Source: Chiloscyllium plagiosum
Lineage: Eukaryota
Direction of reading: 5' to 3'
Length of the DNA: 33,155 nucleotides
Assembly: GCF_004010195.1 (NCBI RefSeq)
Contig: NC_057718.1
Location: 26,790,185 to 26,823,339 of the forward strand
The notes under the pieces were generated by a model. The model did no database searches. It saw nothing but the letters and a program-made list of their open reading frames with translations, and was not told the DNA's origin. Every line of letters starts with the position of its first letter. Within the stretch, counting starts at the first letter, position 1. Of the stretch, positions 12,657 through 23,247 are shown one piece after another. The position numbers and the translations under genes were made by a program.

Positions 12657-13791
12657 TATAGAATATCACGTGTGAAATAAAGAATACAGGAATCAGAAAA
12701 ACAAAACTAGAGTTTAAACAAAGAAGTGTAAGTAAATAGCTATCTTTGATAATATGACACAATTTTAAATTTTGCAGAAGGGTAAGGGACATAGAATGAA
12801 ATTTGAGACGTCCACTTGCTCTTGCTCATGCCCCTGTTCTCTTAGCTCACAGAAGGGGTCATATGGAGATTTGAAGGGAACTCCACCAATCAGGATTATA
12901 GACAGAACATATAGCAGCAGAAGGATAATGCCCCCCTGAAGTTGGTCACAATCACAAGTTTACAGATCCTCCTCAGACTAGACCACTTTCAGTAGAATCA
13001 GTGGCTGCATTCAACCACTCCAGTCCCAGTAGCAGACCTTTTACTTGGGCCGCCTCATTATGAATGCTGAAAACATTCAAAATTTTTATCCAGTTGAAAA
13101 TAAAAGTGAAGCAGATGTTTGGGTCATGAACAAGCTCAATAACTTGCCAATTAGAAATTTTGAAATTGTTGGTGAAATTGCATATATGAAATCCAGCAAA
13201 CAAAATCAGATAAATCAATTAAAATTATATTAGTACTCCAGAGCAAGTAAATTTTCAGAGAATTTTTTATTTCTATTAATAAGTCAGGCCTCTTTAATAT
13301 TTTAACAGTTAATCACAGAAATATTGCATTTAATATCTTAAGTTAGAATATTGATGGAATAGTGTTAGTAGAAGGACATTTAACCCAAAACTAAAATATA
13401 GGCCAGAAGCCAAAAAAAAAATGCTCCACCAGTTAGAACAATTTGACAGAATTTGCCTCTCTGAGTACATTTACATAAAGGATGCTTTCCTCCTGCCCAC
13501 AGGTTCTCCATTCTCTACTACAGGCAACTTTACTGACATTATGTCTCTGGTTCTTTTCCTAAGAACTGTGTTTGAGATGTGAAGTGAATTGTATAATGCA
13601 TTGAAGTAGACTGTGTTGTCAAGGCACTCCAGCTCCATTTCATGTTATTTTTAATGAATGGCTAATCTCTAAGTGTTCCAATTAACTTATTTTTGAATAG
13701 AGGTTTTCATTTGCATTTTCTATTTAAATTTAAATACAAATTAATTTCTGAAAACTGGGTCTGTTAATTTTAAAATACTATAGTTTCTTAC

Positions 13792-13910
13792 CCTGAAGAC
13801 AGGATTGGCTCCATGTTCCAATAAACATTTCACAGCTGACAAGCAGAGGTTTGATGCTGCAATGTGCAGAGATGTTCCAAAGTTGAAATCGCTGCAAGTG
13901 GCATCCACAT
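13792..13910 (-). CDS. CLIP4: CLIP4 internal coding exon (119 nt, phase 1 to 0): (D)VDATCSDFNFGTSLHIAASNLCLSAVKCLLEHGANPVFR, ankyrin repeat
   Basis: Acceptor tattgacag|ATGTGGAT and donor TTCAGG|gtaaga. DVDATCSDFNFGT is the CLIP4-type version of this segment rather than the CLIP3 type (recalled). Confidence 0.95.
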
Positions 13911-14486
13911 CTGTCAATACATATAGATTAAATGATTTAATGCGTTGTCAATAAATATTAAGTTTTATTTGTAACTAGGTTTTATCATTAGATTTAGGTC
14001 ACTATTGCTATGAAAAAAACGTTTGTCCCACTTTGTCATCCAATCTCAGCACTCAGTCAGACATTGCATGCTACATTGTGAGAATAATGTACATTAACTT
14101 AAATTCCAGAATGTCATACCTTCCTAGAACAGTATGACTTTCATCTCTAATACTAACCATTCTGTGCATTGAGTGAGATTGTTAATTTTCTGGTAAATTA
14201 TAAATAGTTTCATACTCTAGGCTTGCACACAAAATTGAAATAGCTAAAATATATACAAGGTTGGACACTATTTATGAACTTCAGAAAGCAAATACTTGCA
14301 ACACATATTAGGTTATGCTATAGAAGATGAATGGATTCTTCACAACAATTGTCACATAGTACCACATACAAATTCTAATCATAATAAAATGTTGCACACT
14401 ATCTTTAATTTGGTAAAGACAAACATTTCTATAAACAATAAGCAAAAAGCAGATTGAACACATTGGTCACAGATGATCTAATTAAG

Positions 14487-14800
14487 ATCATAAAACTATA
14501 AGATGTAAGAACAAACGTAGGTCATTCGACCCAGCAGAGCTATTTTTCCATTCAATGAGATCATAGCTGATCTGATAACCAGGCTCCACTTTCCTGCCTT
14601 TTCCCCAAAATCCTTGATTCCCTCGTCGATTAAAAGTATGTCTACCTTAACCTTGAATATAAAGACACAGCCTCTACAGCTCTCTGTGGTAAAGAATTCC
14701 ACAGATTCTCTAGCCCTGAGAGAGAAATTTCTCCTCATCTCTATCTTAAATGAGCAACTATTTATGCTAATATTAATGTCCTCTGGTATTAGATTCACCC
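14487..14800 (-). mobile_element. CR1-type LINE 3' end fragment
   Basis: Minus-strand FKIEMRRNFS.R....EFF resembles the CR1 ORF2 C-terminus. A cataag-type tail lies at the left. Related to 30356-30890. Confidence 0.8.
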
Positions 14801-14925
14801 AGAACAGAATTAGGCAGGTCATCTGAGTTATGGATCTTAAGGTGATATAAATGTTGGAGTACAAATGCAAAAACAGGTAATAGTGAACATGTAAAACATG
14901 ACGCAGGTCCGAGTAGATGTAAGAA

Positions 14926-15288
14926 TTTTTCTTTTATTCATTCACAGGATGAAGGTGTTACTAGTTAGGCCAGCATTTATTACCCAATCATAATTGTCCA
15001 GAGGACAGTTAAGAGTCAACCACATTGCTGTGGGTCTGGAGTCACAGACCACGTAAGGATGGCAGTTTTCTTCCCTAAAGGAATTTGTGAACCAGATGGT
15101 GTTTTGTTTCCTGACAATCAACAATAAATTCATAATCACCTTTAGGCTCTTATTTCCAGATTCATTTTTATTAATTGAATTCAAATTCCACTGACTGCCG
15201 CTGTAGAATTAAACCCTGGTCCCCTGAACATTACCTGGATTGCTGGATTAATAGTCTAGTGATAATACCACGAGGCCATCGCCTTCCC
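14926..15288 (-). mobile_element. tRNA-derived SINE with LINE-derived 3' tail
   Basis: Minus-strand head gggaaggcgatggcctcgtggtattatcactagact. The core tgtgactccagacccacagcaatgtggttgactcttaactg matches the plus-strand copy at 26884-27208 (43/46 in the best block). Confidence 0.88.
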
Positions 15289-15533
15289 TTAAGGCAGCAT
15301 TTCAATGAAAAGCAGGGCATTTATCCCTGGTGCTCTGGCCAATATTTATCAGTTGATTGACATCACAAAAACAAATGATCTGGTCATTATCCCACTGTTG
15401 CACATGGGAGTTTTCTGTATAGAAATTGGTGGTTGTGTTTTATACGTTACATCAGTGAATACTTATCAAAAAGTATTTCATTCACTGAGATGTCTGAGTT
15501 GAGAACTACTACATAAATACAATTCTTTCTTTT
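15289..15533 (+). mobile_element. Deu-domain SINE remnant (SacSINE1/AmnSINE1-related)
   Basis: ttatccctggtgctctggccaatatttatc...atctggtcattatc...gggag...aaattgg...ctacataaatacaattctttc matches the recalled Deu domain and 3' tail. Confidence 0.75.
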
Positions 15534-16968
15534 ACTTCATCACCAGAAGAAAGCAGGAATAATTTGGCTGTGATTACTAATCATAGAATGGAACATTGGT
15601 CAGGTGAGCTATTAATGTGACCAATTGAGCACAAGGATACATGTGGAGGGCACTGGACTATAAGAACATGTTGTAATGACATTTTCAAATCAATGATTCA
15701 GAGGTGGAAATCAAGCTTAGGTTAGGTCAATAGTTCATAAAAAAAACACAGTTGCACCAGAGAAAAATTCAGAGAAGAATGCACAGGTTAACTCTCATGA
15801 CATGAGAACTAAGTTATAAAGAAAGATTCATGTAAGCTTAGTAGGCATTCTGCCACTGAAGAAAGAATGTCGGAGGTTTAGTACTACAGAGCACAAGAAA
15901 CTTGATTTATAATTGGACATTAACTACTTGCACATTCTTTCTCAACATTTGAAAAGATGTTCAACCTCAATGTACAAAATCTCAAAGATATTTTTCAATT
16001 ATTTGAGATATCCATCTCTTTGAAAATTTATATGCTGGATCTTTATCATTATTGCACAAATTGAGACTTGTTCTAAAGGTATATCCATAGGTCTTTTTGA
16101 CAAAATACAGCATGAAAATATCAAACATCACCAAGAACTTTTGTACCATAATATGACAACAAAGTGGCTACAAACCATATTTGATCTAAGAAAAACAAGA
16201 TGAGGGAAGTTTCAGCTTTTGTACAGGTTTACATGTCTCAACCTTTGATGTAATACAATGGGGTTTGTGGGGCATTGTAACCTTAAAAACAAGGTTTAGG
16301 TCAGGTAAGGGTTGGACGTGTGTTAGAAAAGGAAGCCAGCCTCCAACCTACTCACTTCCAGTTTTATTTGAGATGGGATGGGGTCATGAAACTAAGGCAT
16401 TCCCTGAAGGCAAAATATAAGTCTGCTTTATTATGAAGCTCTGTGTCTATTTTATTCATTATTTGAAATTTAACTCTGGCTGGATTTCATCAGCCTCAAA
16501 AAACCCACTAGCTAAATCAAGACAAGACTAAATCAGACAGTACATGCTTTTCCATTGACTAAATGGATTCAGCATGGACAATACACTCTAACACATTAGT
16601 TCGTCTCACTCCCAACAATCTCCCGCATTAGATTTTCAGCCTCCAGCCCTCTCCCAGGCTTTTGTTCTTTGACTTACATTCCAAGCGCCAGTCAATCAAT
16701 CAATTTATTTTCACAAAAGGCCAATGACTGAAGTAAATCAACTAAACAATGTTTCCTTTCACTGGAAGGAACATGAGATGACACACAAAACCTTAGATTA
16801 ATGAATTCCAGAGATACATGTAAATGGAAAATAATCTTTGAGAAAAATAAAAAAGAATTTAATTATTGTTTTATTTGAGAGCAAACAAAATACAATGAGA
16901 CTACTGCTATTTTCAAACTTACGTTTTTAGCATTGTAGTTAATTAGGTGCCAAGTATATTCTCAGCTT

Positions 16969-17225
16969 GGGCGGCACAGTGGCTCAGTGGTTAGCACTGC
17001 TACCTCACAGCGCCAGGGATCCTGGGTTCAATTCCTGCCTCGGACAACTGTCTGTGTGGAGTTTGCACATTGTCTGCATGGGTTTCCTCCCATAGTCCAA
17101 AGATGTGCAGGTTAGGTGCAGGGCTAAATGTGGGGGAATGAGTCTGGGTAGTTTGCTTTTCGGAGGGTCGGTGTGGACTTGTTGGGCCGAAGGGCCTGTT
17201 TCCACATTGTAGGTAATCTAATCTA
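16969..17225 (+). mobile_element. tRNA-derived SINE, HE1/V-SINE-like (internally deleted)
   Basis: gggcggcacagtggctcagtggttag (A box), ggttcaattcc (B box), ctgtctgtgtggagtttgcaca, and tail gggccgaagggcctgtttcc...(aatct)n. Confidence 0.92.
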
Positions 17226-17458
17226 TTCTCCAAAACTGTTGGGAGCATTTTATACTGCATTTAATCACAATTTTGAAAATAAGGATAATTGTTTTAAAAA
17301 AAAGGACAATTAATGCCAGTCCTTTACGTGTCCATAATGTAACGATTTCACTATTTCTCTATAAAACTTGTTACAATTACAATTAGAATTTTACAAGAAA
17401 AACAAAGAAGGAAAGCCAACATATATTCCCTTCTAAAATTAAGTACATGATTGCTTAC

Positions 17459-17620
17459 CTCCAACATTTGCATCCTTAAGAACTACTCTTATTAGCTCAG
17501 GAACATCAAAATAAGCTGCATAGTGCAAAGCATTCATATTTGTCCAGCGGCTACGAAGAGTGACATCAGCCCCCATTTCAATCAACTGTGAAGCAAACTT
17601 GGCAGCAACCTCTGCATCTC
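17459..17620 (-). CDS. CLIP4: CLIP4 internal coding exon (162 nt, phase 1 to 1): (G)DAEVAAKFASQLIEMGADVTLRSRWTNMNALHYAAYFDVPELIRVVLKDANVG, ankyrin repeat
   Basis: Acceptor tttttccag|GAGATGCA and donor GTTGGAG|gtaagc. Contains the LRSRWTNMNALHYAAYFDVP motif and overlaps track ORF 17439..17654. Confidence 0.96.
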
Positions 17621-18150
17621 CTGGAAAAATAAAAATGTAATTTAAAAAGAGCACTCTGGATTGATAAGGTATAGTACAAATGATATGTCACCATGAAGTA
17701 ATATAAAAAGTTCCACTGGTTTTCGAGATACATTGGGGGTGCAGGGCAATGTTCAGTCACAGTTAGTTTAAACTTGCATGGGAAGCTATTGACCACAGAA
17801 ATTTTATTCAATAAAAACATAAAACAAAACGTTTTTTTCTTAGTACCTCTTGGGATATCTTCAACTGAATATACTGCCACAGTACTTATGTGTTCAGATC
17901 ATTGGGTCTAGCACAAGAATTATGCCCTTAAGGTAAACAAAGTCTAACTTTAATCCCCTATTTTATCTCTAACACTAAAAAATCTTTTCCCAAAATGTAC
18001 AACTTCCAATTGCCCATGAAACTAATTCTCTTGGTTTTATGTTATTTTGAACTGTGAAAACGTACGCAGATGACCTAGTTCCAAGACTTTGCCAATATGT
18101 TTTTCAGTACTGCATTGCAAGGTCTAAACATATCACCAACTTTGAAATAA

Positions 18151-18218
18151 AAAGACTGGAAAAACTCAGCAGGTCTGGCAGCATCTATGGAGAGAGAAAA
18201 ACAGTTAACATTGAATCT
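18151..18218 (-). mobile_element. Short Penelope-derived repeat fragment
   Basis: ctggaaaaactcagcaggtctggcagcatc is homologous to 4129-4158 and is the reverse complement of the copy near 31405-31435. Confidence 0.55.
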
Positions 18219-18748
18219 TCTCAGAAACTGAGAAAAGATTAAATGAGAAAATTGATTATGCAAACCCACTGCATGCTCAAGAAAACAAGATAGCAACTGC
18301 AACAATTCCAACAGTCTTTAGTATTGAATTTACATACTTTATCATATACATGTCTCTACATGAAGTGACTTTAAGAAACATTAATTTGATTATCAAAATG
18401 GCAGGTTGATTCATGATCAGTCCACTAAATAAAATTAGGATGACTGGAGAGACCACAACAGAACCAATGACTATATTTTCACATTTGATGTAAAAGTTTT
18501 GCCAAATGAGATTCACAGCAATTGAAGCAATTTTTCTCAATCTGCTTCGCTTCATGACTTATACATCCTGGCTCTTCAGCATCCTTCTCGCACATCCAAA
18601 TACATATCAGGTGAGATGGAAATGCTCGCCACTGCTGCGACCTTCTAGTATTCACATTGCAGGCCCCATTTTCGAAGCTCAGCTGCTCATTACTGCAAGC
18701 CAAGAACTGTTCCTCACACTGTGATACTCCATCATCGTCATTGAAGAA

Positions 18749-18985
18749 ATGGTCCAGAAACAAAGCTTGCTCCTTGGTTCACAAACAGAAACCTGGAGGA
18801 GCTGATGGACGGATGGTGGAAAGGAAGACAGTCCTTTTCATGCTGACCAGTGAATCAAAGCAGGTCATTCCTCCAGACACAGCCAGCTTGGACTCAAATA
18901 GAGGCCCAAATCAGTGACGTGTCCCAAAATAAAAGCAACAAACAGCAGTGCAGGTTAAAGATTAATGATCATCTGCACTCCAGTG
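18749..18985 (+). pseudogene. Frameshifted Myb/SANT-like (MSANTD/Harbinger-associated) DNA-binding domain remnant
   Basis: Across frameshifts the sequence reads KLAPWFTNRNLEELMDG / MVERKTVLF / QPAWTQIEAQISDVSQNKSNKQQCRLKINDHL. This fits the F...LE.L...V..R..VLF...AW..I...V........QC+.K.ND pattern of Harbinger Myb-like proteins. Confidence 0.7.
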
Positions 18986-19191
18986 GGTTGAAGCCATATC
19001 TCCCCTACGCTAATACACTCTCACAGGGCCACGACTCTCATAGCAATCATACTGGTTCCAAAATAGGAAACACTCCTGTCGGGACAGGATTGTAAGAGGC
19101 AAAAGCTAAGGGAAAAGATAACAAGGAAAGAAGGTGAAAAAAATGCTCATAAATAACTCTACTAAAAAGAAAAATATGAAGTACAACTCAC

Positions 19192-19285
19192 CAATTCCTT
19201 GAGCTCCAGCTTTGCAAGTGTAATGTAGCAGTGTCATATCTGTCAATCCATCTCTGTCATTCACATGGCATCCCCGACTCAGAAT
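19192..19285 (-). CDS. CLIP4: CLIP4 internal coding exon (94 nt, phase 0 to 1): ILSRGCHVNDRDGLTDMTLLHYTCKAGAQGI(G), ankyrin repeat
   Basis: Acceptor tgctttag|ATTCTGAGT and donor GGAATTG|gtgagt. In frame with the previous exon, with the diagnostic NDRDGLTDMTLLHY motif. Not in the ORF track; translated by hand. Confidence 0.95.
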
Positions 19286-19658
19286 CTAAAGCAGTATGTC
19301 CAACAGAATAATGAATATTTGCTTTCTATATTTAATTCTAAACAAAAATTGATAATCCACAATCAGACAACATGTGTGCTTCATAAAAAGGAATTTGCTT
19401 GACTTTCTTTGGAAGAAAATCAGACAGTTTTCTTTACAAAGTCACATGCTCTGACTCAGGTAATTCTAATATTCATTGCATTAAGGTGATCTAGTTATCT
19501 GAACCCAGAAAAATATCCTTTTACAAGCTTCTATTAATCACCAATGTCCACAAATTGCTATCTTTCTCAAACTTTCAGAGAAACTAACAGGTACATTTTG
19601 AACAAAAAGTGTTGATTTTTTTACTTAATTTAATGACTACCGTATCCCAATCTAACTA

Positions 19659-19835
19659 AATCAGAAGTCAAACAACATCAGGTTATAGACTGGGGGTAAA
19701 GTCAGGACTTCACCTGACGAAGGTTAGCAGACCTCAGAAAGCTTGTGATTACAAATAAATCTATTGGACTATAACCTGCAATCGTGTGACTTCTGACTGT
19801 GTCTATACCAGTCCAACAGTGGCACCTCCACATCA
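19659..19835 (+). mobile_element. Penelope-like mini-element with inverted repeat, hammerhead core and TSD
   Basis: Inverted repeat 19661-19688 / 19769-19796 (23/28), CTGACGA at 19714-19720, GAAAGCTT at 19737-19744. Flanked by the direct repeat caatctaacta at 19648-19658 and 19834-19844. Confidence 0.8.
19710..19748 (+). ncRNA. Minimal type-I hammerhead ribozyme-like motif
   Basis: tcac-CTGACGA-aggt(tagcag)acct-ca-GAAA-gctt-gtga. Stem I is tcac/gtga, stem II is aggt/acct, and palindromic AAGCTT replaces stem III. Activity is unknown. Confidence 0.5.
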
Positions 19836-20667
19836 ATCTAACTAGAAATTATTTCGTGTATTTTTTTAAATGTCCTTTTCAACAATTTAAAATCAATTTA
19901 TTTTCAGATATCATTTTCATGTGTACTACATTTTCTGTAAAGCAAAATATTTTTTTAAAATGCACCGCCTGGTGAGGTGTTTCATGGCAGATTTTGCATT
20001 TAGTGATTTGCAAATAAACTTGTGTAGAAACCCAGGAAGGGAGGTGGTAGACACTTGAGAGGTGTACACACGTGTGAGTAAATAGCAACAAATTTTATCA
20101 AAAAGAGATATAAACAAAAGGTGGTAAGAGAGGACATTTCATTTGAAAGTTAACAGATCCAGGATCCGATTCCATGTGATCTGACATCTCTATAAAATAA
20201 CTACTTTTGCACATGCTCAACTACCCCTACATATTTATTTTCAACTTCAACTCATTCATCTCTAATCAATGATGTGCATTAGGGACACCTTCATAAAAAC
20301 TGCCATCAGGAAAGCTTTCCCTTTTTTTATACTCATCCCACAAAAACATTTTTAAGTATTAATGAAATACAATGCAAATCTCGGAGGATAATTTACAATA
20401 AAACATTTTAAAAATTGAAAAAAAAATGGAAAAATTACATTTTCCATTTTGTGCCTGAAAACCTGGTTGCAATTTTGAAGAGTTTCCAAGCAAGTACAAT
20501 TGCAGCACTCTCATATATGAGTGATTCTATTTTTGGCTAATCAAATCAACAAACAGGCAAAGAAGATCAAGGAGAGGTTATATTTAATGCACATTACAAA
20601 CTTACAAGCCTTGCCAAAAACAAATTTTACAAAGTACAGTAACTACAAACATGCAATTTTAGTTTAC

Positions 20668-20807
20668 CTCGTTCCCAATCACATCAATCTGTTGCTGCAC
20701 CTGTGGAACCCACTGCCGCAAGATAGCAAACAATTCTGAAACAGTTGTGTTAAGGTCATGTAGTATTCTTTTGCATGCTGGGTCTTGTGGATCAAAGAAG
20801 GAAAATT
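20668..20807 (-). CDS. CLIP4: CLIP4 internal coding exon (140 nt, phase 1 to 0): (E)FSFFDPQDPACKRILHDLNTTVSELFAILRQWVPQVQQQIDVIGNE
   Basis: Minus-strand acceptor tatttcatttcag|AATTTTCC and donor AACGAG|gtaaac. The peptide matches the CLIP3/CLIP4 N-terminal motif FSFFDP...SELFAILRQWVPQVQ..ID.IGNE (recalled). Confidence 0.95.
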
Positions 20808-20869
20808 CTGAAATGAAATATTTAAACAAAATCAATACTTTGGCAGTGATATCTCCAATTCCGTAATTA

Positions 20870-20990
20870 GCCATTTAGGACTTGGATAAGGAGGAACTTC
20901 TTCACTCAGATAAAGCTTTGAATTTCACTCTCTTATAGGTCTATGGAAGTTCAATCCTGAAGTTCAAGATAGAGATTTATAGGTTTCTAT
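20870..20990 (+). mobile_element. Old CR1 fragment
   Basis: ccatttaggact...aggaggaacttcttcactcag (PFRT..RRNFFTQ-like). Confidence 0.6.
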
Positions 20991-21224
20991 AAATTCTTTT
21001 TCTTATTCATTCACAGAATGTGAATTTTGTTGGCTAGTCCAGCATTCATTGCCTATCTTTAGTTGCCCTTGAAAATGTGGTGGTGAGATGCCTTCTAAAA
21101 CTACTGCAGTCCATTTGCTGTATGTGAGCGTACTTTGCTATTAGAATCATAGTCTTAGAATCATACAGAATAGAAACAGACCCTTCAATCCAACCAGTCC
21201 ATACAAACCACAATCCCATACTAG

Positions 21225-23247
21225 TGGTATGAAGTTGAAAGCGTGTATTGTACCTTTAAGGGAGAGTGAATGCTATTCTGAACTAAGAACTTACAAGCAC
21301 CTGTGCATATGACTAGTTCACCAATTGTGTTAGTTCCCAAATCTGACGGGACTCAGTGATTTTTGTAGACTATCGGAAGATCAATGCCATAACAAAATAG
21401 GACTCATATCCAATAGCCAAACTGGACGCCTTTATAGAAAAAGCTGGACAAGCCACTTACATCACAAAGTTTGACTTATTGTGTGATTATTGGCAGGTAC
21501 CTTTATCAGAGAAAGTGAAAGAAGTTTCTGCATTTGTAACCCCAAATGAGCTATATCAATTCAAAGTGATGCCCTTTGGAATGAAGTACGCACCAGGTAC
21601 ATTCGAAGACTCATGAATAGAGTTGTGGCCAGATTAACAAATTGTGCAGGTTATCTGGATGATGTAATAACTTTTAGCAAGTTATGGAAAGATCACATGG
21701 TACAGTTGGCAGAGTTCTTTGAATGATTACTAGAAGCAAAACTTAAAGAAAACGAAGCAAAGGCAGAGGTGACGTTATTGGTACATCAGTCATGAAGGTT
21801 GACCTCAAGGAATGCAAAGATGAAGGCCATCGAGGAATTTCCATGACCAACCTCGAACGAAGAGGTGCTTCAATTTTTGGGACTAAGCAGATTCTACAGG
21901 AAGTTTGTTTCAAATCTTAGCACGTGGTAGCACCACTAACAGATTTACTAAAGAAGAACACAAAATTTCCATGGACAGAACAATGCCAGGAGGCATTTAA
22001 AATTTTAAAGCAGTATTAACCACTGTACCAGTTTTAGCTACACTAAGTGTTTTGAAATCCTTCAAAGTTGCAAGCGATGCCAGCAATATAGGAGTTGGGC
22101 CTGTACTGCTACAGGAACATGATGATGGAATTGAACAGCCAATTGGCTACTTTTCAAAGAAACTCAACACCCACCTGAGAAAACACTCTACCATTGAAAA
22201 AGAATTATTGAGATTGGTACTGGTCTTGTAACATTTTAATGTTTATGCGACGAACAATGTATCAGAGACAATTGTGTACACTGACCTCTTACATTCTAGG
22301 AAAGATTTAAAGACAAAAATATGAGGCTATGTCATTGGAGTCTTATATTACAGACTTTTAATTATACATGTTGCGGGTCATAAACGTGTGATAGCAGATG
22401 CATTATCGCAGATTTAAAGGAAAAAGTATCAGCAGGATTGGACAAATTCCCATGTTATATGCATGTGTGTAGAAATTAATATGAAAGTATAACTTAGATT
22501 AATGATTTATGTAGTTCATTCTAATGGGATTAAGAATTAGAGAAAACAAATAAAGCCATCTCTTCAATATGATGGCTCATTCTTTTCTTCAGGGGCATGT
22601 GTTATGAAACTGAAGGCATGTACTGTACCTTTAAGAGAGAGTGAATACTGTTTTGAACTAAGAGCTTACAAGAACTTGTGGATATGACTGGATGGCAATG
22701 TCAGAGTGTACTGAAAAATTGAAAATATGTAATATTTGGCTGTGAAATGGACACCTCAGTTTTGGTTGCTGTTTTGACAACAATTCAAATTTAACCAATC
22801 AGTTGAAATTATGCCCCAGGATGCTAAAACCCAATCAAGTTTGAATTTATTGTTTTGCCAACTTCAAACCAATGAGGCGATCTGATGCTGGGGATATAAA
22901 AAATGCAGACATCTTGAAAATTGGAGAGAGAGCAAATGCCATCGAGATAGATCCAATAAATTAATAACACTCTTTATCAAAGGTACCTTTTCATATGAAA
23001 CACACTTACAGTAAAAAGAATGAAGACGACCCAGGGGATTCAGTAGCTGGAACAGTGAAGTCACAGAAGACGACAGCAGCTGTGTGGTTTTTAAATTAAG
23101 TTGATGTAATTTTAATAAGTGTCTTACTAGAACAGAATATTGTTATAGAGTTGGAGGCAGGTAATCAGCTGTTAAGAGAAAGGGGTGCTTAGAATTGTTA
23201 ATAGAATTGGTTTAATTACCAGAAGGCTTCACTGCCGTGTTGTAACA
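21225..23247 (+). mobile_element. Internally deleted Ty3/gypsy LTR retrotransposon, Gmr1-like (5' LTR stub - RT - RNase H - stop - PPT - 3' LTR)
   Basis: TG...CA ends with a CTAG TSD (21221-21224 and 23248-23251). The 5' LTR stub 21225-21314 matches 22600-22689 (76/90). RT motifs SSPIVLVPK, VDYRKIN, VMPFG and YLDD (21652-21663). RNase H motifs DASNIGVG, PIGYFSKKL, STIEKE and VIADALS, followed by TAA at 22415-22417. Confidence 0.92.
22600..23247 (+). repeat. 3' LTR (648 bp)
   Basis: Starts tgttatg and ends gtaaca (short terminal inverted repeat). Preceded by a T-rich run and decayed PPT (aggggcatg). Contains tataaaaa near 22895 and aataaa at 22955-22960. Confidence 0.85.

Noticed and set aside
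1..13791. Search for the next CLIP4 exon (N.KGQ.PA.VVPDP... and CAP-Gly)
   Set aside because: Not found by eye. It probably lies to the left of the window, implying an intron longer than 13.7 kb.
5218..17225. tRNA-like sequences at 5218 and 16969 (also 15288 and 26884)
   Set aside because: These are SINE heads with A/B boxes followed by SINE bodies and LINE tails, not complete cloverleaf tRNA genes.
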